64,000 nt of DNA, taken from assembly GCA_963663765.2 (NCBI GenBank), contig CAXXUA010000005.1, forward strand, positions 320,001 through 384,000. Direction: 5' to 3'. Origin of the DNA: Candidatus Poribacteria bacterium (GTDB lineage: Bacteria > Poribacteria > WGA-4E > WGA-3G). The notes beneath the pieces were generated by a model. That model saw only the letters and a list, made by a program, of their open reading frames with translations, was not told the origin of the DNA and ran no database searches. Made by a program: the position numbers and the translations under genes. This document shows, piece after piece, positions 1-10,524 of this stretch (its first letter is position 1; each line of letters begins with the position of its first letter).

Positions 1-539
1 TCCTTTGGTGCAAAACGGTATATTTCTGCCCAGAGACGGGACTCATCTACCAGTTCCGCAACCTGAAATTCTCCTGTAGAGAGATCCGCAACAGCAATAC
101 CGTAAATGTCCTTGTGATGATATATTGAAAGAAGATAGTTGTTTGCTTTATGCTCAAGTGCCTTTGGATCAGTGACGGTACCAGGAGTCACTATCCTGAC
201 AACATCACGTTTTACAAGGCGGTTTTCTTCTCGTGCCACTTTAGCATCTTCTGTCTGATCCAGAATAGCAACCTTGTGTCCTGCTTTTACCAATTTATAC
301 AGATAGGAGTCGAGAGCGTGATGTGGAATACCTGCCATCGGAGGTGGTGCGGTTTTCTGATTTTTATGACTACGGGATGTTAAAGCGATCTCAAGTAAAC
401 GAGAAATTAACTCCGCATCTTCAAAAAATGCCTCATAAAAATCACCTACTCTGCAAAGAAGTATCGCATCTTCATGCTCTTTCTTTACCTGTTTGTAAAG
501 CTCCATCATAGATAGTTGTGATTTTTTTGTTTTCGGCAT
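1..539 (-). CDS. mutS: DNA mismatch repair protein MutS, N-terminal part (runs off window start)
   Basis: Manual minus-strand translation from ATG 539: MPKTKKSQLSMMELYKQVKKEHEDAILLCRVGDFYEAFFEDA..PMAGIPHHALDSYLYKLVKAGHKVAI..RDVVRIVTPGT. Contains the MutS domain I F-x-E motif; GAGGA RBS upstream. Not in the ORF track because it is open-ended. Confidence 0.95.
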   Translation of the reverse strand, partial: MPKTKKSQLSMMELYKQVKKEHEDAILLCRVGDFYEAFFEDAELISRLLEIALTSRSHKNQKTAPPPMAGIPHHALDSYLYKLVKAGHKVAILDQTEDAKVAREENRLVKRDVVRIVTPGTVTDPKALEHKANNYLLSIYHHKDIYGIAVADLSTGEFQVAELVDESRLWAEIYRFAPK

Positions 540-572
540 GCAGGTGTCCTCACTCTCGTTACATCCGTTTTC

Positions 573-598
573 TTGTATAAGAACTAGTTCTTATACAA
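573..598. promoter_or_regulatory. Perfect 26-bp palindrome (candidate operator) overlapping the mutS -10/+1
   Basis: TTGTATAAGAACT|AGTTCTTATACAA. Confidence 0.55.
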
Positions 599-623
599 TA
601 CCATATATGGAGTGAACTGTCAA
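595..623 (-). promoter_or_regulatory. sigma70-type promoter of mutS
   Basis: Minus strand TTGACA-17bp-TATTGT, with TG extended -10. Confidence 0.55.
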
Positions 624-776
624 TCAATTTATAGATACATAATATACTCGTGAGAATAGAAAATAATATGGACAGGTCAAAATTGGTATGTTATAATAAC
701 GCAAGTTGCTACCTATAAGGTTTAGACGAATAAACACCGTTTTTTATAGAGTATAATACACTTTTCGGTAGTATTT

Positions 777-833
777 GTAGCACAAACTTTTAGTTTGTGC
801 ATCTTTATGACGCAAACTAACAGTTTGCGCTAC
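777..833. repeat. Inverted pair of GTAG-type REP palindromes (REPIN-like)
   Basis: GTAGCACAAACTTTTAGTTTGTGC (777-800) facing CGCAAACTAACAGTTTGCGCTAC (811-833). Confidence 0.7.
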
Positions 834-956
834 AAAATATAGGCTATTTATCAGCACTTTTTTGATAATAGAAGGTGTTTCTAGGTCTAATTATTGTAGG
901 TAGCAACATGGGTTATAATACTCAAAAGTACTGTTAAAACTAAAGGAGCTGAAGAG

Positions 957-1526
957 ATGAAAATGAAATCCGTTTTTATACTGCTGTTACTTTTTTCCAC
1001 GATGATACTAATTGGATGCTATACAAAATTCGGTTATTACGAAGCATCTTTTCAACCAGAAAAACAACAGAAACATGCAGACATAAATAAAGAAGAGATG
1101 GAACAAACTACCAAAACAGAAACAGAAAATTCAGATGAATCCGATGGATATTACGGACGTCGTAAACGCATCTACGGCTCTTCACGTTACAACGTGCATA
1201 ATTCATATTGGATACCTTACAGGTCACATCCTTATGCATACTACCATCCGATGTATTATTATCCGAATCCGTGGTATTACGGCAATGGATATGGGTACTA
1301 TGGGTATCGTTCCCCATATTATAGGTATTACGGAGGTTATTCTCCCTATAGAAGTTACTATAGTGGTTATCGCGGGAGTTCATTTCTACCTGCAAATCGT
1401 AGTACTTATAAGAGAGGTGCTGTTCTGAACCGATCTGAGAACCGACGTGCTCGAACTTCACGTAGTGTAACTTCGTCTAATTCAAGATCCGAACGACCAA
1501 AACGTAGAACGCGAAACAGTGAATGA
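957..1526 (+). CDS. Lipoprotein with Tyr/Gly-rich core and Arg/Ser-rich tail
   Basis: Signal peptide with lipobox LIGC; low-complexity YYG repeats; AAAGGAG RBS. Confidence 0.8.
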   Translation: MKMKSVFILLLLFSTMILIGCYTKFGYYEASFQPEKQQKHADINKEEMEQTTKTETENSDESDGYYGRRKRIYGSSRYNVHNSYWIPYRSHPYAYYHPMYYYPNPWYYGNGYGYYGYRSPYYRYYGGYSPYRSYYSGYRGSSFLPANRSTYKRGAVLNRSENRRARTSRSVTSSNSRSERPKRRTRNSE

Positions 1527-1577
1527 AATTAGTACTGTTTTTTTGTTATAACACAAGAAATTAAGGAGAAAGCGATA

Positions 1578-2858
1578 ATGAAACGTCTATTTTGGGGTGT
1601 ATTTGTATGTCTATTCGTCATAGGTTTATTACCCGTAATGTGTTCAGCACAAACAGAGGAGTTAGTAGTTGGTAACACGTTTGGTGTAGGAGCAAGGTCA
1701 ATGGGTATGGGTGGTGCGTCTCTCGGACTTGCTGACGATTTTACCGCGCTCTATTGGAATCCAGCTGGATTGGCACAAATCCAGAAGTTTGAGTTGTTCG
1801 CAAGTTTTTCACAAAACACTGCACTGACTGATAGCTACTTCACAAGCAGTGAGACCATTGGAACAAGTCGTTCAAGTGTACGCCCAAATTCAATCGGGCT
1901 TGTTTATCCGTTTTACACACAACAAGGCGGATTTTCAATTGCATTCGGATACAATCGCGTACAGAACTTTGATTTTCAGTCTGCGATCCAAGGGGTCGAC
2001 CCAAGCTCAGGAAATGTATTTAGTGGGCTTTATCTAAACGAAACTAACATAAATTCCGGGGGAATCGGGATATGGAGTTTTGGAGGTAGCGTTTATATCT
2101 CTGAATACTTCTTGATCGGCGGTTCAGTGGACTTTTGGAATGGTCGCAGTCGAAATGAATTAGACGCAACAGCTACCGATACTTTGAATGTAGATTCTGA
2201 ATTGACACGTTTTAGATATGACGATGAAATAGATAGAGAATATTCCGGTGTTAGCGGCAGAGTGGGGATTCTGGCAAACATCACTGACTTTGTCAGCTGG
2301 GGAGTTACCTTTGTTGCCCCTACAGAGTTAGGAGTAGATGAACTCTGGCGTGAATATACCGTCGCACTCTTTGATGACGGAGAAGAACTGACGGAACCAG
2401 AAAGCGGTGCTACAACATATCATATAGAAAGACCTTATGAAATTGGAACTGGCTTCGCACTGAAATTATTAGATAAACAGTTGATATTAGCAACGGATAT
2501 TCAGTTCACGGATTGGCGACAAACACGTTATGACCCGAATCCGGCGGAAGACATAACAAACAATCATTTTGAGGAATATTATTCAACGACTATACAAGTT
2601 CGGTTGGGCATAGAATACCAAATACCGATGATTGATTCTTATGTACGTGCTGGTTATTTCCGAGATACGATTCCATTTACGGAAACAGAGATTGAAAACA
2701 ATCGAGATTATCTCACTGTAGGGACAGGAAAGATTTTTGAGGACTCCGTGAAACTTGATATCGCGTATATGTGGGGCAATTGGCAGCAATATAGGAATGA
2801 TGTAACAACACAACGAAATTCACATCGAGTATTCATTTCTTGTGCCTATCGGTACTAA
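1578..2858 (+). CDS. OmpP1/FadL-family outer membrane beta-barrel protein
   Basis: Signal peptide; GARSMGMGGA..ALYWNPAGL motif; C-terminal aromatic residue (YRY). Confidence 0.85.
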   Translation: MKRLFWGVFVCLFVIGLLPVMCSAQTEELVVGNTFGVGARSMGMGGASLGLADDFTALYWNPAGLAQIQKFELFASFSQNTALTDSYFTSSETIGTSRSSVRPNSIGLVYPFYTQQGGFSIAFGYNRVQNFDFQSAIQGVDPSSGNVFSGLYLNETNINSGGIGIWSFGGSVYISEYFLIGGSVDFWNGRSRNELDATATDTLNVDSELTRFRYDDEIDREYSGVSGRVGILANITDFVSWGVTFVAPTELGVDELWREYTVALFDDGEELTEPESGATTYHIERPYEIGTGFALKLLDKQLILATDIQFTDWRQTRYDPNPAEDITNNHFEEYYSTTIQVRLGIEYQIPMIDSYVRAGYFRDTIPFTETEIENNRDYLTVGTGKIFEDSVKLDIAYMWGNWQQYRNDVTTQRNSHRVFISCAYRY

Positions 2859-2880
2859 TCAATCCTTTGGCAAATGTTAG

Positions 2881-2924
2881 TATTAGATAAAGGGTGGAAA
2901 GTCTATTCCACCCTTTATCTAATA
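2881..2924. terminator. Bidirectional hairpin terminator between convergent genes
   Basis: TATTAGATAAAGGGTGGAA / TTCCACCCTTTATCTAATA, 19-bp inverted repeat. Confidence 0.75.
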
Positions 2925-2977
2925 AGTTATCTCCAATTAAATAATACCAAATTAACGTAATTTATCTTTTTCCAACG

Positions 2978-3001
2978 GTAGGTGCGGTTTCCTAACCGCA
3001 C
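2978..3001 (+). repeat. GTAG-type REP palindrome
   Basis: GTAG-GTGCGGTT-TCCT-AACCGCAC. Confidence 0.6.
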
Positions 3002-3046
3002 ACTTAGCAAGACGACTCACGTTAATTCGGTATAAGTTATCCTCAA

Positions 3047-3448
3047 TTAAACAAGCTGAATATAAGCCATTTGTGCGCCGTCACCACGTCTGAGTTCACC
3101 ACGAATGATACGTGTATAACCGCCATTACGATCCTGATAACGGGGTGCAATATCCTCAAAAAGTTTCTGAAGGATTGCTTGTTTATTTCTATTACCGGAT
3201 TCACCTCTACGCGGTGTGTAATGTAAGTTACTTCCATATAGTAACCGTGCGGCACGTCGACGTGCGTTCAAAGTGTCTTGTTTTGCGAGTGTAATGAGTT
3301 TCTCTGCTACACGTCGGAGTTCTTTACATTTATGCAAGGTTGTTCGAATTTGTTCATGTTCAAAAAGTGCGGTTGCTTGGTTTCGGAAGAGAGCTTTTCT
3401 GTGGCTCGTGGTACGTCCTAATTTCCTACCGCGTTTTCTATGACGCAT
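3047..3448 (-). CDS. rplQ: 50S ribosomal protein L17
   Basis: [26 protein letters not shown]; start overlaps the rpoA end. Confidence 0.97.
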   Translation of the reverse strand: MRHRKRGRKLGRTTSHRKALFRNQATALFEHEQIRTTLHKCKELRRVAEKLITLAKQDTLNARRRAARLLYGSNLHYTPRRGESGNRNKQAILQKLFEDIAPRYQDRNGGYTRIIRGELRRGDGAQMAYIQLV

Positions 3449-4436
3449 CTGATTCCTCCTCTTCCGTGTTGATATAGTCGTCATCCAAATTCATTCCAAG
3501 GATCAAGCCCATGTTTGCAAGTTGGTCTTTTATTTCATTTAGAGAAGTCTTTCCGAAATTCTTATATTCTAACATCTCTTTTTCAGTTTTGACGACAAGT
3601 TCACGGATAGTTTTTATATTTGCGGTTTCAAGACAATTACCTGCCCGGACTGAGAGTTCCAGGTCAGCGACCGGTTTTGCCAGATACCTATTTCTCAAAA
3701 TGAGAGCTTCATCAATTTCAGGTTCCGGTTCAACATAAGTTTCATCAAATTCGGTGAAGATATCCAGCTGACTCCGTAAAATGTCCGCTGCCTGCGTAAT
3801 TGCAAGTTTCGGTGTGATACTACCATCAGTCCAGATTTCAAGATTCAACTGATCAAAGTCTGTAACATCCTCAACACGTGTTTCGTTAACCCAATAGTTT
3901 ACTTTATCTACCGGTGAGAACTTTGCGTCAATCGGTATCCATCCAATGGGCTGTTTGGGATCGCGATGGTCTTCAGCGATTGAGTAACCGCGTCCAGTTT
4001 GTACTTGTATTTCCATATCAATTCCCTGACATTTGTCAAGCATTGCGATATGCTGGTCAGGATTGATAATTTCGACCATAGAATTGGCGCGGATATCCGC
4101 TGCGGTAAGTTCACCTGAACCACTGGCAGTCAGTTCCAATATCATCGGTTCGTCTTGCAAAAGTCGAAACCGTATCGCCTTAAGGTTAAGAATTATTTGT
4201 ACGACATCTTCTAAAATTCCTGGAATAGTTGAATATTCATGCTTGACCTGATCAATTTGTATGGCGATTATAGCAGCTCCTTTAATTGAGGAGAGAAGTA
4301 CTCGACGAAGCGAGTTGCCCAGCGTTGTACCGAATCCGCGCTCAAGGGGTTCTGCTGTGTATTTTGCATAATTGGGTTGCAGAGTTTCGGTATCGGCTAC
4401 TAAACGTTCAGGCATTGTTAAATTCAACCTATCCAT
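3438..4436 (-). CDS. rpoA: RNA polymerase subunit alpha
   Basis: [22 protein letters not shown]; [11 protein letters not shown]; NFGKTSL. Confidence 0.98.
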   Translation of the reverse strand: MDRLNLTMPERLVADTETLQPNYAKYTAEPLERGFGTTLGNSLRRVLLSSIKGAAIIAIQIDQVKHEYSTIPGILEDVVQIILNLKAIRFRLLQDEPMILELTASGSGELTAADIRANSMVEIINPDQHIAMLDKCQGIDMEIQVQTGRGYSIAEDHRDPKQPIGWIPIDAKFSPVDKVNYWVNETRVEDVTDFDQLNLEIWTDGSITPKLAITQAADILRSQLDIFTEFDETYVEPEPEIDEALILRNRYLAKPVADLELSVRAGNCLETANIKTIRELVVKTEKEMLEYKNFGKTSLNEIKDQLANMGLILGMNLDDDYINTEEEESDAS

Positions 4437-4877
4437 CGGTTTTTCCTCCTATCGGCTTAAGTTATTACATTTACAGAGTCAAACAGTTTTAGCAAAACAC
4501 AATTATTCAACCCATGGGTATGTAATTATGTTTTCAAACAATATATATTGTATCTTGCATAAGTACTCAATAAAAAACAGCGTGTGTAGTGCATAATGAT
4601 CGCTGCGACACGCCTGTTTTTAGTAAATCTTTTCCTTGGATTTTCATCAACAGTTTGGGAAGATAACATAAATAACTGATGTTGAGTTGCTTGTATTCCT
4701 GTCAACAATTCAGAAAGTCAATAATGTATTGCAGTATGGATTTATAGTCACATGTTATTGTTGACTAAGTTCACACTATTTCCTAATGATTGAGTTTGAA
4801 ATAACAACAAGTTTGTTCTACGACCTTGTGCAATGCGGGATTTCTGGATTCACATTCAATAGGTAGATTGTTATGAT

Positions 4878-5510
4878 CTACCTTGAATACAATTCAATAA
4901 TTAGTTGTGTTTCCAGTTCTGATGCAATATGTTCTACAGTTGGTGCACCTTGTACCCGTCCCTCAGGTTTGTCGGTATCAATTTCTAACCATTCTGGTGT
5001 ACCCCGTTGCTGTGAGAATTCTAATGCTTCTTGAATAGTGATGTTCTGTCGACTTTTTTCTCGTGGAGTAATGGTGTCTCCGACTTCAACGAGATATGAA
5101 GGGATATTGACGCGCTTTCCATTCACAGTGAAATGGTTGTGTTTTACCATCTGCCGTGCTTGTTTTCGTGAAGTGGCGAATCCGAGTCTATAAACGACAT
5201 TGTCTAACCTGCGTTCAAGTAGAGCGATTAAGTTCTCTCCCGTAATCCCCGTTTGACGTACCGCTTTGAAATAGTAGTTACGAAATTGTTTTTCAAAAAT
5301 ACCGTAAATTCGCTTCGCTTTCTGTTTAGTGCGTAGTTGCCTTCTATACTCGCTACGGACACGCGTTGGTGGCTTTTGTCCGTGGTCTCCTGGTGGATAA
5401 CTTCTTCGTTCGAAAGCACATTTTGGACCGAGGCAACGACGTCCTTTGAGAAAAAGTTTCTCACCTTCTCTACGGCATAATTTACAGACAGAATCTAAAT
5501 ACCTACTCAT
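4878..5510 (-). CDS. rpsD: 30S ribosomal protein S4 (Zn-ligand form)
   Basis: [17 protein letters not shown]; [13 protein letters not shown]. Confidence 0.98.
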   Translation of the reverse strand: MSRYLDSVCKLCRREGEKLFLKGRRCLGPKCAFERRSYPPGDHGQKPPTRVRSEYRRQLRTKQKAKRIYGIFEKQFRNYYFKAVRQTGITGENLIALLERRLDNVVYRLGFATSRKQARQMVKHNHFTVNGKRVNIPSYLVEVGDTITPREKSRQNITIQEALEFSQQRGTPEWLEIDTDKPEGRVQGAPTVEHIASELETQLIIELYSR

Positions 5511-5522
5511 GTATCTCCTTGT

Positions 5523-5894
5523 TTACACCCGTCGTCTTTTCGGTGGACGACATCCGTTGTGTGGTATGGGTGTCATGTCTTTCATCAAAGTAATTTCTAA
5601 ACCCGCGGCGGCGAGTGCGCGAATTGAAGATTCACGTCCTGAACCGGGGCCTTTGACTCTCACTTCAACCCGTTTCATCCCGTGTTCCATAGCTTTCCTG
5701 GCGCATGCTTCTGCGGTTTGTTGTGCGGCAAAAGGTGTGGACTTTCGTGAACCTGGAAATGTCATTCCCGCACTCGCCCAAGCAACCGTGTTACCTTTGA
5801 GATCAGTGATAGTGACTATTGTGTTATTGAACGTAGCCTGGATGTGTGCAATGCCTTCAGGTACATTCTTGCGTTCTTTTCTTCGTGTTCGCAA
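5523..5894 (-). CDS. rpsK: 30S ribosomal protein S11
   Basis: [12 protein letters not shown]; [11 protein letters not shown]; [13 protein letters not shown]; TTG start after AAAGGAG. Confidence 0.98.
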   Translation of the reverse strand: MRTRRKERKNVPEGIAHIQATFNNTIVTITDLKGNTVAWASAGMTFPGSRKSTPFAAQQTAEACARKAMEHGMKRVEVRVKGPGSGRESSIRALAAAGLEITLMKDMTPIPHNGCRPPKRRRV

Positions 5895-6053
5895 ACTTTT
5901 CTCCTTTATTTTATAGGCGCGCTAAAACACGCATCGTCAATACAAAGAATACTAATACTCTCGCTTTCCAAAGTGTGTTTAAAGCGTACAATTCTAAACA
6001 GCAGCATCTTGATATATAGAAATAAATGTACACTGCTGCAGAAGATGTATAAA

Positions 6054-6449
6054 TCAACCACCTTTGCGTGCTGCTTCTTTCGCCTTTCTTCCGACAGAAA
6101 TCGTACGTGCTTTCCCTTTTCGTGTGCGTGCATTCGTATTTGTGCGTTGACCACGAACGGGTAATTGTCGTCGATGACGTAGACCGCGATAGCTGTTAAT
6201 ATCCATAAGGCGTTTTATGTTTTGATCAATATCTCGACGCAGGTCACCTTCAACCTTGTATTCTTCAGTGATCTTGTCTCGTAGTTTGCTAACCTCGTTT
6301 TCAGCTAACACATCAACTTTCTTAGCTGGATCAATGTTAAGGTCATCCACAATCTTTGATGCGGAATATCTACCAATACCGTAGATAGCAGTTAACGCGA
6401 TATCAATTCGTTTTGTACGAGGTAAATCTACCCCTGCTATACGTGCCAT
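6054..6449 (-). CDS. rpsM: 30S ribosomal protein S13
   Basis: [10 protein letters not shown]; [17 protein letters not shown]. Confidence 0.98.
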   Translation of the reverse strand: MARIAGVDLPRTKRIDIALTAIYGIGRYSASKIVDDLNIDPAKKVDVLAENEVSKLRDKITEEYKVEGDLRRDIDQNIKRLMDINSYRGLRHRRQLPVRGQRTNTNARTRKGKARTISVGRKAKEAARKGG

Positions 6450-6476
6450 GGTTTCCTCCTGATATGTGTTATAGGT

Positions 6477-6593
6477 TTATCCTTGTCTTTGTTTATGCTT
6501 CGGATTTGAAGGACAAATAACCCGAACAATACCTTTTCTCTTTATGATTTTACAACGATTACACATTTTTTTGACTGATGGTCGGACTTTCAT
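6477..6593 (-). CDS. rpmJ: 50S ribosomal protein L36 (Zn-ribbon form)
   Basis: Manual translation [38 protein letters not shown] (38 aa, too short for the ORF track). Confidence 0.97.
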   Translation of the reverse strand: MKVRPSVKKMCNRCKIIKRKGIVRVICPSNPKHKQRQG

Positions 6594-6659
6594 GTTTTTT
6601 CCCTCTTCAATCATTTTACACATTTAATTTACTTGAACTGCAATAACGATCTTGTATGT

Positions 6660-8015
6660 TTATCTACCTCTGCGCCCTTTTACACGTCTATCTTTCAAGA
6701 ATCCGTCGTAATGACGCATTGTCAGGTAAGATTCAATTTGTGATACCGTATCAAGTACAACCCCTACAACAATCAAAACGGATGCACCTTCAACCATTCC
6801 TCCCACTCCAAGCATGCTGGTAATTGAGATAGGTATAACAGCGATTCCCGCCAGAAACAAAGCACCGGGTAGAGTGATACGTGTCAATGTAGTATTGATA
6901 TAATCTGCGGTCTGTTTTCCGGGACGGAGTCCTGGTATAAATCCTCCGTTTTTCTGCAAATCCTCTGCCATTTGGACAGGATTGATTTGTACTGCTGTGT
7001 AAAAATAGGTGAATCCAATAATTAACAAAGCATATATTGATAAGTATAAGAAAGAGGGATTTCCAGGGTCCATTAAACTTGCCAACACACTGACCCATCC
7101 TCCCCATTCTGCTGGTAATAAACTAATGAGTACACTTGGAAATGTAATTAGCATTACAGCAAATATAATTGGGATCATACCTGCAGTATTGACTCGTAAT
7201 GGTAGCGTCATTGATCTTCCACCAAAAACTTTTCCACCCCTAATTTGTCTGCCATATTGGATTGGGATTTTACGAACTGATAAGTGAATAAAGATTGTGC
7301 CCATAACAGCGATGATAATGAGTGCAAATAGTAATACGAGTTGTAGAATTCCGAAAGTTGTAACGTTAATTAGTTGATTATAAACGGTAGCGACACCGTT
7401 TGGAAATGTTGCCATAATACCGACGGTAATAATAATAGATATACCTTGTCCGATTCCGCGTTCGGTAATCTGTTCACCAAGCCACATGACAAATGCTGTA
7501 CCCGCTGTGAGTGTTAATACTGATAATGCGTGCCACCAGATTGTTGGGTTGTTAACAATGACTCCTGCATCACCCCCGATAAGCTGCCCTGGATTTCTGA
7601 GGAGTATGGTAATCATTATACCTTGAAGTATACTAAGTAGGACAGTACCGTATCGCGTGTATTGTGTAATTTTCTTACGTCCATCCGGTTCCTTAGAGAG
7701 TTTTTCCAAAGCTGGAATTAGGAGAGGTAGGAGCTGCATTATAATTGAAGCACTGATGTAAGGTTGAATACCGAGTGCAAAAATGGTCATTTGACTGAAC
7801 GCACCACCAGAGAAGATATTGATCAGTGCAAGTACATTTCCAGTGCTTTCATTTCTCGCCATGAGATCGTCAAAGAAAGTCTCAAGTGCCCCATCATCAA
7901 TACCAGGGAGTGTAATATGTGCACCGAGTCTATAAACGATCAATAGCATCACAGTAAACATGATGCGTTTTCGTAACTCAGGGATTTTAAAAGCATTTTG
8001 AATAGGCTTTATCAC
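6660..8015 (-). CDS. secY: Preprotein translocase subunit SecY
   Basis: FALGIQPYISASIIMQLL; WLGEQITERGIG; GGFIPGLRPGKQT. Confidence 0.98.
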   Translation of the reverse strand: MIKPIQNAFKIPELRKRIMFTVMLLIVYRLGAHITLPGIDDGALETFFDDLMARNESTGNVLALINIFSGGAFSQMTIFALGIQPYISASIIMQLLPLLIPALEKLSKEPDGRKKITQYTRYGTVLLSILQGIMITILLRNPGQLIGGDAGVIVNNPTIWWHALSVLTLTAGTAFVMWLGEQITERGIGQGISIIITVGIMATFPNGVATVYNQLINVTTFGILQLVLLFALIIIAVMGTIFIHLSVRKIPIQYGRQIRGGKVFGGRSMTLPLRVNTAGMIPIIFAVMLITFPSVLISLLPAEWGGWVSVLASLMDPGNPSFLYLSIYALLIIGFTYFYTAVQINPVQMAEDLQKNGGFIPGLRPGKQTADYINTTLTRITLPGALFLAGIAVIPISITSMLGVGGMVEGASVLIVVGVVLDTVSQIESYLTMRHYDGFLKDRRVKGRRGR

Positions 8016-8462
8016 TTATATCACCTCGGCTGTTCCACCTTGTGCTTGAATTTTTTCAATTGCCGATTTTGAGAAATGATGTGCGCGTACATTCAACTGT
8101 TTGTTGAGTTCACCGTCTCCAAGTATTTTTATGCGCGCATTCTTACGTTTGATAATGCCTGCTTCAATAAGGCGTTCGGGATTCACCTCAATATCTTCCT
8201 CAAATTGGTTTAGGGTTTTTATATTAACGACATCATATTCTACCCGCTTGTGTGCGATTCTGCGTGGTCCACGCTTTGGTACACGTCTGACTAAAGGCAT
8301 CTGCCCGCCTTCAAACCAAGCAGGGATTGAACCACCGGAACGAGATTTTTGTCCTTTATGACCACGACCACAGGTGCCTCCCTTACCAGAACCATTACCA
8401 CGACCAACGCGTTTGCGATTCCGATTTGCACCAGGAGCAGGTTTGAGTTCATTGAGTTTCAT
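8016..8462 (-). CDS. rplO: 50S ribosomal protein L15
   Basis: [26 protein letters not shown]; FEGGQMPL. Confidence 0.98.
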   Translation of the reverse strand: MKLNELKPAPGANRNRKRVGRGNGSGKGGTCGRGHKGQKSRSGGSIPAWFEGGQMPLVRRVPKRGPRRIAHKRVEYDVVNIKTLNQFEEDIEVNPERLIEAGIIKRKNARIKILGDGELNKQLNVRAHHFSKSAIEKIQAQGGTAEVI

Positions 8463-8497
8463 TAGATAAAATATTCCTTTGATAAATTTGGGTAAAC

Positions 8498-9034
8498 TTA
8501 AGAGTCATTGCTTTTAGGGCGTTTATGTAACAATTCTTCAACGGTCTTACCTCGAATTCGAGCGACTTCATTGATATCTTTTAGGTTTTTTAACCCGACC
8601 ATTGTAGCCTCAGCGATATTCTTGACATTTCTTGAAGATAGACATTTTGTGAGAGCGTCTGTGACCCCTGCGTATTCTAAAATTGCACGCGTAGCATGTC
8701 CCGCAATAATCCCAGTTCCCGGTCTTGCAGGTTTCATAAGTACTTTTGCAGCTTTAAATTCACAGATAATTTCATGGGGAAGCGTACCTTTTCTTAGTGG
8801 TACACGTATGAGGTTTTTTCGAGCATCTGCAAAACTTTTGCGAAGCGCACCAGAGATTTCGCTTGCGCTGCCAAAACCGATTCCAACAATTCCATTACGA
8901 TTCCCGACGACAGAGAGTGTATTAAAACTTGGTGTCCTCCTACCTTTACCGACACGCATAACTCGGTTTATAGAAATAGGGCGTTCTTCAAATTCAGATT
9001 CAAATTCATCAGGATTGATTTTTTCTTTATGCAA
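8498..9034 (-). CDS. rpsE: 30S ribosomal protein S5
   Basis: INRV..KG.R; [11 protein letters not shown]; probable TTG start at 9034 after GAGGAG (ORF extends to 9055). Confidence 0.96.
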   Translation of the reverse strand: MHKEKINPDEFESEFEERPISINRVMRVGKGRRTPSFNTLSVVGNRNGIVGIGFGSASEISGALRKSFADARKNLIRVPLRKGTLPHEIICEFKAAKVLMKPARPGTGIIAGHATRAILEYAGVTDALTKCLSSRNVKNIAEATMVGLKNLKDINEVARIRGKTVEELLHKRPKSNDS

Positions 9035-9067
9035 ATAAATCTCCTCTCCGGACAATCTCCGGCAGGT

Positions 9068-9436
9068 TTAAAATTGTAGCCCTTCTTCCCTTGCGGCTTC
9101 AGCGAGGGCTTTGATTCGCCCGTGATATAGATGTCCACCTCTGTCAAAGATGACTCCCTTAATCTGTTGTTCTTTTGCTTTTGTCGCTATGAGTTGACCG
9201 ACGCTTTGAGCAGTTTTTGTTTTCCCGCCATTATCTGTCTTTTGCTTTATTTCAGGGGATAAACTGGAAGCGTGAACGAGCGTAGTTCCTGTCTCATCAT
9301 CAATTATTTGGGCATATATATGTTTTAAGCTTCTACTTACAGAGAGCCGAGGTCTTTGCCTTGTACCACTAATTTTTCTCCGCACTCTATTCCTTCGTCG
9401 GAGATGACTCATCTGTTTACTTTTCGTCTTGTCCAA
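9068..9436 (-). CDS. rplR: 50S ribosomal protein L18
   Basis: [20 protein letters not shown]; [16 protein letters not shown]; TTG start after GGAGG. Confidence 0.97.
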   Translation of the reverse strand: MDKTKSKQMSHLRRRNRVRRKISGTRQRPRLSVSRSLKHIYAQIIDDETGTTLVHASSLSPEIKQKTDNGGKTKTAQSVGQLIATKAKEQQIKGVIFDRGGHLYHGRIKALAEAAREEGLQF

Positions 9437-9482
9437 TGTGTGTCCTCCAAGATCCAATAGCCTGTTACAATTACCTTATAAA

Positions 9483-10049
9483 TTAACCAGCAACTTTCCC
9501 TTCTTTATCGCGTACACGTTCACCATCATATCTGATACCTTTGCACGGTTTATATGTATCGGGTTTTTTAATTTGTCGTATTGAAGCGGCGACTTGTCCA
9601 ACGACCTGCTTATCAATACCACTTATTAGAATAGGTATGTGTGTCTGTCCATCTATGTTCTCAGAGGGTTCAACGGTCAGCGTTATACCCTCTGGTGGTG
9701 TGAAGGTAACAGAATGTGAATATCCAACATCAAGTGTCAAAACATTTTGTCGAGTAACTTCCGCTCTGTATCCAGTACCAACAACGCGTAACTTTTTTTC
9801 AAATCCTTCGGAAACGCCTGCTACCATGTTTGCGATAAGACTACGTGCTAACCCATGTAGTGCCTTTTGCTGTTTCTTGTCGTTCGCGCGTGTGATATTG
9901 ATTGCGTCTTCTTCAATACTTGCATCAATTCCTTGCGGGATGGTCCAATTCAAAGTCCCTTTTGGACCTTCTACCTTTACCTCGCTTGCAGTGAAATCAA
10001 CTTTCACTGAACTTGGAATTGGAATTGGAATTTGTCCAATACGTGACAT
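9483..10049 (-). CDS. rplF: 50S ribosomal protein L6
   Basis: MSRIGQIPIPIP; GTGYRA; GIDKQVVGQVAA. Confidence 0.97.
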   Translation of the reverse strand: MSRIGQIPIPIPSSVKVDFTASEVKVEGPKGTLNWTIPQGIDASIEEDAINITRANDKKQQKALHGLARSLIANMVAGVSEGFEKKLRVVGTGYRAEVTRQNVLTLDVGYSHSVTFTPPEGITLTVEPSENIDGQTHIPILISGIDKQVVGQVAASIRQIKKPDTYKPCKGIRYDGERVRDKEGKVAG

Positions 10050-10108
10050 TATGTTCTCCAATCTACATTATGAACTTGCATGTATGTTATAAGATACATG
10101 GTGTTTGA

Positions 10109-10510
10109 TTACCAGACATAGCAAAGGACTTCACCACCGACTTTTGACTGTCTACACTCAATTGAAGTTTTTACGCCTTGAGAAGTTGACAGGATAGCAA
10201 TTCCTAAGTCACCATAAACCCGTGGTAGTTTATCTGATTTTGCATATACCCGTCTACCTGGTTTGCTGATTCGTCTGAGATTAGTAATAGCCTTTTCTTT
10301 GCTATTTGCACCGTATTTCAGATAGATTCTAATAATACCTTGTTTGCCATCTTCAATGAAACGGTAGTTTCGGATAAATCCTTCTTCTGCTAAGATTCGT
10401 GCGATCTCTAATTTAACCTTTGACGCTAACATCTCAACGCGTTCATGTCCGGCAATATTGGCATTACGGATTCGCGTCAACATATCTGCGATTGGGTCAG
10501 TCATTGACAT
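10109..10510 (-). CDS. rpsH: 30S ribosomal protein S8
   Basis: [17 protein letters not shown]; SKPGRRVY; GGEVLCYVW. Confidence 0.98.
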   Translation of the reverse strand: MSMTDPIADMLTRIRNANIAGHERVEMLASKVKLEIARILAEEGFIRNYRFIEDGKQGIIRIYLKYGANSKEKAITNLRRISKPGRRVYAKSDKLPRVYGDLGIAILSTSQGVKTSIECRQSKVGGEVLCYVW

Positions 10511-10524
10511 GATAAATCTCCTTC

